Assembly: GCA_027483355.1 (NCBI GenBank)
Contig: JAIXUW010000292.1
Coordinates: 68,628 to 132,627, forward strand
Origin: Alphaproteobacteria bacterium
Lineage (GTDB): Bacteria; Pseudomonadota; Alphaproteobacteria; Micavibrionales; UBA2020
Length of the DNA: 64,000 bases
Direction: 5' to 3'
Part shown: positions 38,559 to 47,001 of the stretch, piece after piece
Position numbering within the stretch: position 1 is the stretch's first letter
How the letters are laid out: every line of letters starts with the position of its first letter
The notes under the pieces: generated by a model
Database searches by the model: none
Seen by the model: the letters and a program-made list of their open reading frames with translations, nothing else
Told to the model about the DNA's origin: nothing
Made by a program: the position numbers and the translations under genes

Positions 38559-41351
38559 TTATTTCGTGGCTTGTAAATAAACAAAAGTGCTTTCTTGCCC
38601 GAATACAGGGAACAGGCGGAGCGTTTGAGTCACGTGTGGGCTGTTGGGCTCAGCGCCAGCGACCTCTTTGAACCGAGGTAGCAACTTGGGGACTTTCTCA
38701 GAAGCCCGTTCTCCCTCCACCATCATGATACGAGCGTCGATCACACGCAATGCAAAGTCCTTTGTTGGTTTCGATTCAGATCCATAGAAGGGCACGGCTA
38801 CATTACGATTCTGCGTGTCCTCGTAGGAAGAAAATTCTTGCGAGCCAAGCACGATTGGCGGGCGCTGGGCCACAATATCCAAATCTTCAATACAAGCGTC
38901 AAGTGACTCAAGTGCGGCTTTTGGAGCTCTCAAAAACGGATGGCAGAGCTTGTGTTGAGCGCGTACGGCGAAAAAGTTCTTTTCCGGGCGCAGGCATCCC
39001 AACAAAAAGTCTTCCATAGGCACACCGAATCTATTTGTGCCACTTTCAATCCATGTAGAGTAGGACGCGGCTCCAGCGACCGACGGGCCGATTTTGAGCT
39101 GCTTAGTCGCGTACTTGAGCAGCGTAACGTTGACCGTGTGGCAGATATCGCGCCAGAATACGGTAGAATAACGATCGTGATCAATGTCGACAACGACAAT
39201 GCGTTTTCTGGAATCAGGATGTCCCGCCATGAGTCTCAGAACGTGAATATCCTTGATGCGAGCGGACATTTCGCCAATGTCCATTGAATAGTCGCGCATT
39301 TTTCCGGCGTATTGAATTGCGGCAATATCTCGATCAAATACCTTTCTTCTGTACTCACTAATCGTGTCGTAGGTCTCGGCGGATTTCAAGCGCGGCGTCA
39401 AGTACACGCTTGTGGCGACAAGTTGAGTCGAAACGGGGAATGTGGATTCCAATACGATTCCAGGAGGCACAAACACTTCAAGGGAGTTGGCGACATTAAC
39501 GAACCCTAGAGCCTTGGCGGACTGCTCGGCTTTCATCTTGTAAAAGTCAAGAGCCGTTCTGATCGCTTCCGGGTTCTCCCGAGCCGCGATCTTGTCGAAT
39601 TCAGATTCCCGGCCCATGATTTCGTACATTTGAAGCGAGGGGACGAGCAGACTGCATTGGTGGAAGCCAAGCTTGGCTCTTGCAGAATCGGGCGAGTCAA
39701 ACTTGAGCAGAGCAAGCATTTGATAGTCTCGGCTTGTGAACTCTCTGGCTGCCTTGTTCTGATCGATTTCAGTTGCCACTTCAAGCAATTTGCTTCCAGG
39801 ATAGTCGGCCGTGGTCGAAGTACTCGCTGACAAGTACTGGTAGTGAGTGTGCAAGAACTTGGCCAGGATTTCTAGCACGCCTGTCGTGTCGTATGCTTGG
39901 ATCTTATTGCTTGGGGACTTTGAACCATCGACCAGACTGATAAGCATGTCCCATGTTTCGCGTGTGGTCACTTCCAAGTCTTCACAATCGCCCGAGTCAG
40001 ACTGACCAGTGACTCTATTTTCATCACATGATTCGGTTCCTTTCACGCGAATCTCTCCTCCTTCATACGAAGCGATAAAATCACTTCTGTATTTGCCCAT
40101 GAACCCCGGGAGAGTGAGCATGTGTGCAATAACATCCCGGGCGGCGACTAGCCCAGCGATGGAAACTTCGTTGCTCCATTTTGATGGGTCCGCGCTCAAA
40201 AACGGCGTTAGAACGGCTTGGAGTTCCGATGGAGCGATCGAGTAGGCGTCACATGCGGTCTGAAGAATCGTGCTCAAGAACCGAACTTTGTTTGCGAAAA
40301 ACATGTTGATATCGCCTCTCGAGAGCGAGTAGAACCACACAGGCAACTTGAGGGACTCGGCTCTAGTTCTCATTTCGTGAGTTGTCAACAATCCGTACGT
40401 AATCCACCATGGTACGTGGAAACGAGCCATTCCGGGCAATTTGGGCAGAATTTGACCTTGGTTCAAGGCCGTCGGAGTTGCCGCGTTGAGTTCAGCCAAG
40501 CTCATTTTTTCGGCAGCCCCAAATGAATAGTAACCCGAATAAAGCTTAGTCTGCACAGTCTCGATATGTTTTTCAAATTCGGCAAACGCCTTGTTTTGCT
40601 TGCGAGAAAACGAAGTCCATTCTAGCATCACAGCACGCGCCAGTTTTGCCCACAATGAATCGGCGGCCATAACGACGTCGTATCGGGATTTCAGTCTCGC
40701 GTTTTGAGTCAAGTGAAGTCCGCGATCGACGTCACTGCCGTTTCCCACTAAGGGAGACTCGCAAATCGCGTTCTTTGTTGTCAAAGCATGACAAATATCC
40801 CATGCATTGAAATAGTATTCGCCAATTTGAGTGGGGCGCAACTCGTTCTGGTTAGTGTAGAGCGCCACACCGTTTTTAGCGGCCATTGTCTTCTCGTCAT
40901 TAGACAGTGCTTCCACGGCGCATCTGTACATGAGACTAATACGAATACCTTTTCTCATAGCATGATCGACTTGTGAATCTTGATCAGAGTGGATTTTGAC
41001 CCCGGAGGCAGCGCCAGGGATTTCGCCGTCAATGGCCGAAAAATCGTCTTCTTCTACGCACTTTTTGTACGCGGCCAGAGAACACAAAAATGGCTTATTC
41101 GTCGTAAAAAACGATTTCATGTTCAACATGACAGTTAGACGATCGCGTGAGTCGCTGCCAAGCTTGGAGGGATCCTTCATGCCCTGGACTATTTCGGGCG
41201 ATGCCAAAATAGGGAGGCGGGCGTAGGGATCCCGCTGGACATCGTAGACGTAAATGTAAGCGGACGGGAATAAGGACTTAAACTCGCTGGGAATGGGCGG
41301 GATCGAGATCTCAAACGCGAAAAAGTCTTCTTTCCTAACCGGCGTCGACAT
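38559..41351 (-). CDS. Large hypothetical protein (930 aa) with a Q-x5-C motif (GQSDSGDCEDL)
   Basis: ATG in the context AAAAAAGAAAAAAA-ATG and an uninterrupted ORF. The motif lies at residues 449-461 (39969-40007). A protease assignment is speculative. Confidence 0.85.
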   Translation of the reverse strand: MSTPVRKEDFFAFEISIPPIPSEFKSLFPSAYIYVYDVQRDPYARLPILASPEIVQGMKDPSKLGSDSRDRLTVMLNMKSFFTTNKPFLCSLAAYKKCVEEDDFSAIDGEIPGAASGVKIHSDQDSQVDHAMRKGIRISLMYRCAVEALSNDEKTMAAKNGVALYTNQNELRPTQIGEYYFNAWDICHALTTKNAICESPLVGNGSDVDRGLHLTQNARLKSRYDVVMAADSLWAKLARAVMLEWTSFSRKQNKAFAEFEKHIETVQTKLYSGYYSFGAAEKMSLAELNAATPTALNQGQILPKLPGMARFHVPWWITYGLLTTHEMRTRAESLKLPVWFYSLSRGDINMFFANKVRFLSTILQTACDAYSIAPSELQAVLTPFLSADPSKWSNEVSIAGLVAARDVIAHMLTLPGFMGKYRSDFIASYEGGEIRVKGTESCDENRVTGQSDSGDCEDLEVTTRETWDMLISLVDGSKSPSNKIQAYDTTGVLEILAKFLHTHYQYLSASTSTTADYPGSKLLEVATEIDQNKAAREFTSRDYQMLALLKFDSPDSARAKLGFHQCSLLVPSLQMYEIMGRESEFDKIAARENPEAIRTALDFYKMKAEQSAKALGFVNVANSLEVFVPPGIVLESTFPVSTQLVATSVYLTPRLKSAETYDTISEYRRKVFDRDIAAIQYAGKMRDYSMDIGEMSARIKDIHVLRLMAGHPDSRKRIVVVDIDHDRYSTVFWRDICHTVNVTLLKYATKQLKIGPSVAGAASYSTWIESGTNRFGVPMEDFLLGCLRPEKNFFAVRAQHKLCHPFLRAPKAALESLDACIEDLDIVAQRPPIVLGSQEFSSYEDTQNRNVAVPFYGSESKPTKDFALRVIDARIMMVEGERASEKVPKLLPRFKEVAGAEPNSPHVTQTLRLFPVFGQESTFVYLQATK

Positions 41352-41435
41352 TTTTTTCTTTTTTCAAACGCGCGGCCCTATTTACAAAGTTAGCCAACGC
41401 ATCGTATCAAAAATTGAACTTTTCTAGTCGTAATA

Positions 41436-41441
41436 TTTATT
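41436..41441 (-). terminator. AATAAA hexamer about 15 nt after the stop of the methyltransferase gene
   Basis: The minus strand reads ...GGCGGAAAATAAATATT. Assigning it as a poly(A) signal is an inference. Confidence 0.4.
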
Positions 41442-41455
41442 TTCCGCCGAAGAAT

Positions 41456-42709
41456 TCAATCTACGCTAAGTCTATACACAAAACCCGGATTGGATTTTGT
41501 GTTCCACGCGACGTCAATTCCAGGCACTTCGCGGACCAATGTGGCGCGCACATTCTCTACCATGAAACTCAATTGAAACACAGACTCGTTTTTGTTTCGT
41601 CGTGAAGCGCCGAGAGCACACGTCGTAATAATGTAGTGTTCTTTTGCTTGCACGTTTTCTTTCTTTCCCAGGAGAGCCGTGGCCAATCGATAAAGAATAG
41701 CTTGCTCTAAAGTGTAAAACTTGATGCCGTCAACGTTGAGAGCCGCAGTGCGGCGATTGGATCCTGAATGGACCGTGTCGAAATTGTCATTCGTCATGTA
41801 GTAAATGTTAGCCGCCATGTAGTAGGGCATAGCTGAGGGCGCGGTCGCGTCCTGGCATACAAGCCAATAGTTGGGATCTGTGCTCGAATAAAACTCTCGG
41901 TTCACGTAATTTCCAATTTGAACCAATTCAGGCACGCATTCGATTCCAATAGACGGAATGCCGATCGTAGTCGCCACTTGAGCGACAAGACTGCCTGTCC
42001 CGGCGCCGATATCTAACAGCATATCGTTTGGTCCCCATGGTTTAACACAATTTTTGTCGTTTCTGCTTGTTCCAAACACCGCGGCCACGCCTTCGGGCAA
42101 CGTGACTCCAAATTGTAGCGGATCTCTCGCGCCCGCGTTTGAAGTTTTGTACAGACAGTACGCGGGATACTTTTGACACGCAGAGCGTCGCGCTGCACAA
42201 AATGTAGAATAGGGCACGCCCGGAACAGGAAACCGATGGTTTAGCGTGTAGAAAATCTGCCCGTCTTCTTGCGGTGTGTACAAAATCCGATTCAAATACT
42301 CGACTTTGGAGGAGGTCTCCTTGTCTGCAAAAGTAGTGCTTATCTTGACTTCAGCTGGTACGATGGACGGCGCCAGCAGGCTGGCATGTGAAAACTCGAA
42401 TAGGAGTCTTTGATTTCCATGTGTGGCAATGTACGTAAAATCGGGTGTGAATCCAACAGAAAAGAGCCCCTGCTCTTCTTCTATCAGGACGCCCTTGCGT
42501 ATCGTAACACCCGCGTATTTCATAATGCAATCTGATAAATTGATATTCACAGAGTAAACTGCATTGAGAGTAGGCACCAGTCTCTTAATATGAGAGGCGG
42601 GGACGGCGTTTCCGGTGATAAACGCAAAATAATCGAATGTTCCGCTTTGCGAGAGCATAATATCTCTCGAATCTATTCGAAACAATTCATCGAATAATAT
42701 CGCAGTCAT
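41456..42709 (-). CDS. Class I SAM-dependent methyltransferase (417 aa) with DOT1-like motif order
   Basis: Motif I is MLLDIGAGTGSLVAQVA (about 41991-42020), followed by the post-I acidic SIGIE, then CQDAT and IYYMTNDNF. Compare DOT1 FVDLGSGVGQVVLQVA...GVE...GDF...VIFVNNFAF, recalled from memory. ATG start (MTAILFDELF). Confidence 0.8.
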   Translation of the reverse strand: MTAILFDELFRIDSRDIMLSQSGTFDYFAFITGNAVPASHIKRLVPTLNAVYSVNINLSDCIMKYAGVTIRKGVLIEEEQGLFSVGFTPDFTYIATHGNQRLLFEFSHASLLAPSIVPAEVKISTTFADKETSSKVEYLNRILYTPQEDGQIFYTLNHRFPVPGVPYSTFCAARRSACQKYPAYCLYKTSNAGARDPLQFGVTLPEGVAAVFGTSRNDKNCVKPWGPNDMLLDIGAGTGSLVAQVATTIGIPSIGIECVPELVQIGNYVNREFYSSTDPNYWLVCQDATAPSAMPYYMAANIYYMTNDNFDTVHSGSNRRTAALNVDGIKFYTLEQAILYRLATALLGKKENVQAKEHYIITTCALGASRRNKNESVFQLSFMVENVRATLVREVPGIDVAWNTKSNPGFVYRLSVD

Positions 42710-42753
42710 TAGTGAATATCAATAGTCGCAAATCGCGCGCTGGCGGGTGAAAA

Positions 42754-43019
42754 GTTGCGACGATCGCAACGACGATGGTTCGGATCCGCCATAGAAAAGT
42801 CGACTTCCTCCAAATCCATCAGAATATTCTCGGAATGTTTTAATTGTAATTCTAATATATATTAGACGCACTTTGTCTTAATTCACCTAGTGAATTCAAG
42901 CGAGGAGAGGCAAACGAAAAAAATAGGGCCAAGTCACGATGGCCAAAAAAAATTTTTTGGGCCGGGGCCCCGGGCGGAAATTTTTTTTTCGGACCATCGT
43001 GAGTAGGACCGATTTTTTT
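42754..43019. repeat. Cluster of palindromes/hairpins and A/T homopolymers in an ORF-poor gap
   Basis: Read directly: GTTGCGA-cga-TCGCAAC (42754-42770); the perfect 16-bp palindrome TCTAATATATATTAGA (42851-42866); AATTCAC-cta-GTGAATT (42880-42896); GGCCA-n8-TGGCC (42927-42944); GGCCA8T6GGGCC (42941-42963); CCGGGGCCCCGG (42962-42973); T9 (42981-42989); T7 (43013-43019). Confidence 0.8.
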
Positions 43020-43374
43020 GGGATCTCGCATAGCCGGTTTAGCATTATCACATACTAGGTCCCATAAATTTTTATTTGATATGTATACACCTAAATATGA
43101 GTTTTCCAACATTCGGAATCAATAGACGCGAGAACAGAGTTTGCTCGCCGCGGATATTAACAGGTATTCATATTCAAAAAGCACATGAGTTTCATGATTT
43201 GAGTAAGACTTAAATGCGTAAATGACGCTTAAATCAAATTTAGAACGAAACGCCAGAAAAACTGTCCAAACGAGGTCGTTGCGATCGTACGGATTTTTCG
43301 CGCTTAGGCACTTTGTAGATTTCGCGGCATATATTTTACAATATAGATACATGATTATGTGACAGTATTAAACT

Positions 43375-43430
43375 CGCAAATCGCAAATTTATGGCAATGG
43401 GGGCGCAAAACAGCGCAAATAATGCGCAAA
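43375..43430. repeat. Array of five CGCAAA hexamers within 56 bp
   Basis: tCGCAAAtCGCAAAttt...ggCGCAAAacagCGCAAAtaatgCGCAAAaatt, ending 2 nt before the stop codon (43433-43435) of the 114-aa minus-strand gene. Confidence 0.75.
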
Positions 43431-43432
43431 AA

Positions 43433-43777
43433 TTACGAAGACTTGGAGCGCTGCGCGCCGAACGCCACCTTCTTATAAGTGGCTATTGCATTAAGCAAAT
43501 CTGCTTTTTGAAACCGCCAATACAAGTTGGTATCGGTTTCGTGAGGCCATGAGATAATAATGGGCCCTCCGGCGTCGGAAATTTCAATGGGCTCTAGGGG
43601 CACTTTATCGCTGCCCTGAAGTTGAAACGTGATGTAGACTGTATGTCTGGTTTCTTCGTATATACTTACTTTTGGCATGAATTCGTAAAACTCTCGTATC
43701 AATTCCGAGACGAATTCAGCGGCCAGCCTGAATCTGGCAGCGCGACTGGGCTCGTTTGCGGGTGCTGCTGACGACAT
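43433..43777 (-). CDS. Small hypothetical protein (114 aa)
   Basis: ATG start (MSSAAPANEPSRAARF). The composition looks protein-like. No motif recognised. Confidence 0.6.
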   Translation of the reverse strand: MSSAAPANEPSRAARFRLAAEFVSELIREFYEFMPKVSIYEETRHTVYITFQLQGSDKVPLEPIEISDAGGPIIISWPHETDTNLYWRFQKADLLNAIATYKKVAFGAQRSKSS

Positions 43778-43871
43778 TGTTGTTTACACACCACACGCCC
43801 GCAGACACGTAAAAACCCGCTGTGCTTTTTTGATATAGAGAAAAACTGTGTACAAAAAACATTTATATATA

Positions 43872-44891
43872 CTACATTGCCGATGGCGAGGCGGGGGGTT
43901 CGGGAAGCGCAGGGCGCCGGGCAGATACTCTGATCTCTGCGACATTTTCCTTTCGAACAACGGCGTATTTTGAAGGGTTTCGAATGCCGTTATAGTCAGA
44001 AATGTCTTGGATGTGCGCCAAGATTCTATTAAAGAGAGTTACGGCGTCCACAGGGGTGACAAATTCGACAAACAACTCTACGCGCTCAATCTTTCTTCCA
44101 TTGCGCACGTACGTCTCCACTTCTTCAAAAGTCAATACCTGAAAATCCGAGGGGGTCCAAAGCTGATCCCTTTTTTCTTTCACCTTCTGTTCTTTCCTCG
44201 CGGCAAACGCCCATTTTGTAAAGTTTATAGCCTCGTCGCGCAATACGTCTTTGACAAAATCGGCCAATCTCCGATCTAGACGGAACGACTGCGTGGGCAG
44301 ATTTAAAGCTTCCCATTGATATTGAATTCCATGGGAATACAACATAAACCACAATGGGGAGCTCAACTCGACGACAATCGGCGTGTACTGCAAGAATCTT
44401 TGACATGCAAGATCGAAAAAATAGAGTTGAATGTTCTCAAACCTCTTTTTCGCGACCTGCCGGCCCCACGCCGTCATGTTAAAAAGATCAATGTATTCCA
44501 TGTTGCCGTTGAAATACGATTGGTTGTATTCATCCCACATTTCTTTTGCGAGCTGGAGTCTGAGATCTACAATGGATTCAACGTCACCAGGTCCCGAGTT
44601 GTAGCTCTCGGGATCGAGGAGATAGCGGAATTTAGACTCACGCGATAAGCGATCAAAGAAAAAATTTCTTTGATTGGGGAGCTTGGTTTTCTGTTGCTTT
44701 GCTATTTTCAGCGCTTCTATGTACGCTTGCTTCTCTTCCTGTGCATTCTCTAATTGCACCCGCCTGCGCTGTTCGCGCCACTCTTCAAATTCCTTTTGTT
44801 GCCTGTCCATGCTTGGTCCGGAATCAACGTCCATGACGTCTTCGGTACTGTCGTCGGTATCGATCTCAATACCATCGTCGTCGTCCTCCAT
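43872..44891 (-). CDS. Hypothetical protein (339 aa) with a highly acidic N-terminus
   Basis: ATG in the context GCGCGCAAAAAA-ATG. It starts MEDDDDGIEIDTDDSTEDVMDVD, followed by a basic coiled segment. Confidence 0.75.
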   Translation of the reverse strand: MEDDDDGIEIDTDDSTEDVMDVDSGPSMDRQQKEFEEWREQRRRVQLENAQEEKQAYIEALKIAKQQKTKLPNQRNFFFDRLSRESKFRYLLDPESYNSGPGDVESIVDLRLQLAKEMWDEYNQSYFNGNMEYIDLFNMTAWGRQVAKKRFENIQLYFFDLACQRFLQYTPIVVELSSPLWFMLYSHGIQYQWEALNLPTQSFRLDRRLADFVKDVLRDEAINFTKWAFAARKEQKVKEKRDQLWTPSDFQVLTFEEVETYVRNGRKIERVELFVEFVTPVDAVTLFNRILAHIQDISDYNGIRNPSKYAVVRKENVAEIRVSARRPALPEPPASPSAM

Positions 44892-45413
44892 TTTTTGCGC
44901 GCGATTGGTTACAAAAATAACTGAGACACAGAAAAGAAATTAGACTCAAGAATAGAAATGTTCATTTTATTCTTTTTGAAAATCGGCACCCCCCCTCACC
45001 CGCTTGTTTTGCGCCCGAGTACAAAAATAGAAATTTTTGTAGCCCCAGTGTAGCTACCTCAGTCTGTTCCGCGCATTACTCGGAACTTGCTATCTTCTAT
45101 CGCCACAATTACATTGTGTTTTTGTTTGTCATCCAAACCAATAATTAAGAACATCCACCGCCATGGGTGCGCACACGGCCGCGGACAGCTTAGCGACTTT
45201 TCGACTTTTGTAAAAACGCGCTAATGTTTTATCTCTAATTTTCTATTAGCTCAAAAAAATACAGACATTGCATTTTCGGCATTCCGCCCCGATGATCTCG
45301 GTCTGGGCAGCCTCGGCAACGCCACTTCTCTTTTGGAGCACCGTCGCGCCGACGGTCGAGCCGGGCCTGCCTTTTTCGCAGGCTCTAGATCCGCTGGCAC
45401 ACTTGCCGATATC

Positions 45414-46832
45414 ATGCGCCTTGCTCCTGAAGCAAGAAGCCGGTTATTTAGTCCGGATGATTCTGCACACGTGAAGAAAATGGAGATCAGCAACCTTCTC
45501 CCGTGCGAGTACGAAGCGTTTTGCAATGTTCTTCGCGGCCGCAACTCTACATTCGCAGGCTCGGATCCTTCTTACAATAATATTATTGAGACGTTAGTGT
45601 TTACCGATTTCAACGACCCTGCTCTCTTCCAATACGCGATGCAGCACATGAAAATGGCCGAGTTTTCGTCCTCCGTGTCCTACATCATTTTCAGGGATGC
45701 CACGTTTTTGAATATGAATAAGAAGACTGGCGAGGATCTAGCCGTGTTTTTGCATCAATTCCCGTGTTTGAAGCACGTGGAGTTCGACGACTCGATCGAC
45801 TTGCGCCCCATTCGGTTCCGAGTCGACCAATTCAACATGGACGAATGTGTCATTCAGTTCTGGATTGGTTGCTTCACGCGTATGTTTCTTCCCAACGTAA
45901 GCGTGTTGATATTGGACAGTCCAAAGTCGTATTTGGACGGACGCGTCGCGGCTGCCATTCTGACCATGTTCAAGAGCTCGTTCCTGCCTTCACTCACCAC
46001 GTTGACGTTCATATGGGCGCGAGAGCTTATTTTCCGCTCCGCGATGCAGCACACGCCGATGGCGCCTGCGTCCTCTACGTTCAAGGAGGCCACGGTCGCG
46101 ACCCAATTTGCCAGCACGATTTCCGCGTTTTGGAGCGAATTGTTTCAATGTACGCCTCGGCTTTACGAGCTTGAGATCGCGTCTTGGATGGACAAGTCTC
46201 AACCTGGCTCGTCGGACTGTGAGTCTACATGCGAGCTGCGGTTCCAAGCACTGCGCGTGTCGCCTACTGCGGGCAAGATTCCTTTGTTCATTTACAAGCT
46301 TTGTTTTGGAATTTCGACTCTGTACAATGCTGGTCAGGACGACGATCTTGACAGTGCTTCATTGCGCCCGGACGAGAAAAAAATGGCGCTTGGCCGCATC
46401 AAGTACAAGGATTTCACTGATGTCTGCTCCGAATTTCGCGTTGAACTTTGCGTTTCCTCTTTCAGCCGATGCTTCCATTTGTATTCGCCGATTCACGAAT
46501 CGAGCCCGGTTATGCCTTCTCAACTAGCCGTTGCGTTTCAGCACACTCTGAGTGAACCGGTTGCGTCTTGGTCTGACCAGGCATGTCAGAACGTTGCGGC
46601 TCGACTCAACGAAATGGTGCCCCAAAGAACGACGTCTCGTTGTGAATCTGTTCTTTTCCAGTGGCCCGCGTCAATGGAGTTTGCCGAGTTCCACGACGCC
46701 GGACAAGGGTTCTACTGCACTGATGTGTGGAGAGGATGTGATATAAGTGACTGCGACTCTGGCTGCGATTGCGGCTGCGAAAGCGAGATTGAGGGCGGGA
46801 ATGAACAAAATGAAGACGTGATGCAAGTGTAA
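45414..46832 (+). CDS. Hypothetical protein (472 aa; alternative start at 45480) with LRR-like repeats and an acidic Cys-rich C-terminus
   Basis: The track start at 45333 is TTG. ATGs lie at 45414 and at 45480 (context GAAGAAA-ATG). It has repeated LxxLxL-type segments (FPCLKHVEFDDSIDL, LPNVSVLILDSP, LPSLTTLTFIW, TPRLYELEIASW) and the tail CDISDCDSGCDCGCESE. Confidence 0.7.
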   Translation: MRLAPEARSRLFSPDDSAHVKKMEISNLLPCEYEAFCNVLRGRNSTFAGSDPSYNNIIETLVFTDFNDPALFQYAMQHMKMAEFSSSVSYIIFRDATFLNMNKKTGEDLAVFLHQFPCLKHVEFDDSIDLRPIRFRVDQFNMDECVIQFWIGCFTRMFLPNVSVLILDSPKSYLDGRVAAAILTMFKSSFLPSLTTLTFIWARELIFRSAMQHTPMAPASSTFKEATVATQFASTISAFWSELFQCTPRLYELEIASWMDKSQPGSSDCESTCELRFQALRVSPTAGKIPLFIYKLCFGISTLYNAGQDDDLDSASLRPDEKKMALGRIKYKDFTDVCSEFRVELCVSSFSRCFHLYSPIHESSPVMPSQLAVAFQHTLSEPVASWSDQACQNVAARLNEMVPQRTTSRCESVLFQWPASMEFAEFHDAGQGFYCTDVWRGCDISDCDSGCDCGCESEIEGGNEQNEDVMQV

Positions 46833-47001
46833 AATTGCGGAAAAGCGACTTGATACTCGGCGTGTATGTCAAATACAGTCGCGCAAAATTAAACACTATG
46901 CAAAAAACATACTACATGTTTGCATTGGCTATATTGTTCTTCTTTTTTGCCCATAACATGCTACATAAATAGCGTTTCAAACCGCAATCGTACTACGAGA
47001 A

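Noticed and set aside
42927-43019. Hairpin plus T-run elements read as bacterial Rho-independent terminators
   Set aside because: Every other signal in the window is eukaryote-like, the stems are short, and there is no systematic T-run after other genes. I treated these as structural or origin-like elements instead.
42852-43112. 86-aa minus-strand ORF spanning the palindrome cluster
   Set aside because: The translation is dominated by homopolymer-derived K, F, P and G runs (PKKKFPPGAPAQKIFFG), and the ORF sits on the A8T6, T9 and T7 tracts. It is more likely non-coding.
43119-43352. 77-aa minus-strand ORF with an ATG start in the AT-rich gap
   Set aside because: It is short and has no motif or A-rich start context. 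I cannot support it as a gene, though a small protein is not excluded.
43401-45016. GGGCGCAAAA 10-mer in inverted orientation flanking the two-gene block 43433-44891 (possible terminal inverted repeats of a mobile cassette)
   Set aside because: Roughly a hundred 10-bp inverted matches within 2 kb are expected by chance across 64 kb (64000 x 2000 / 4^10). There is no target-site duplication or transposase.
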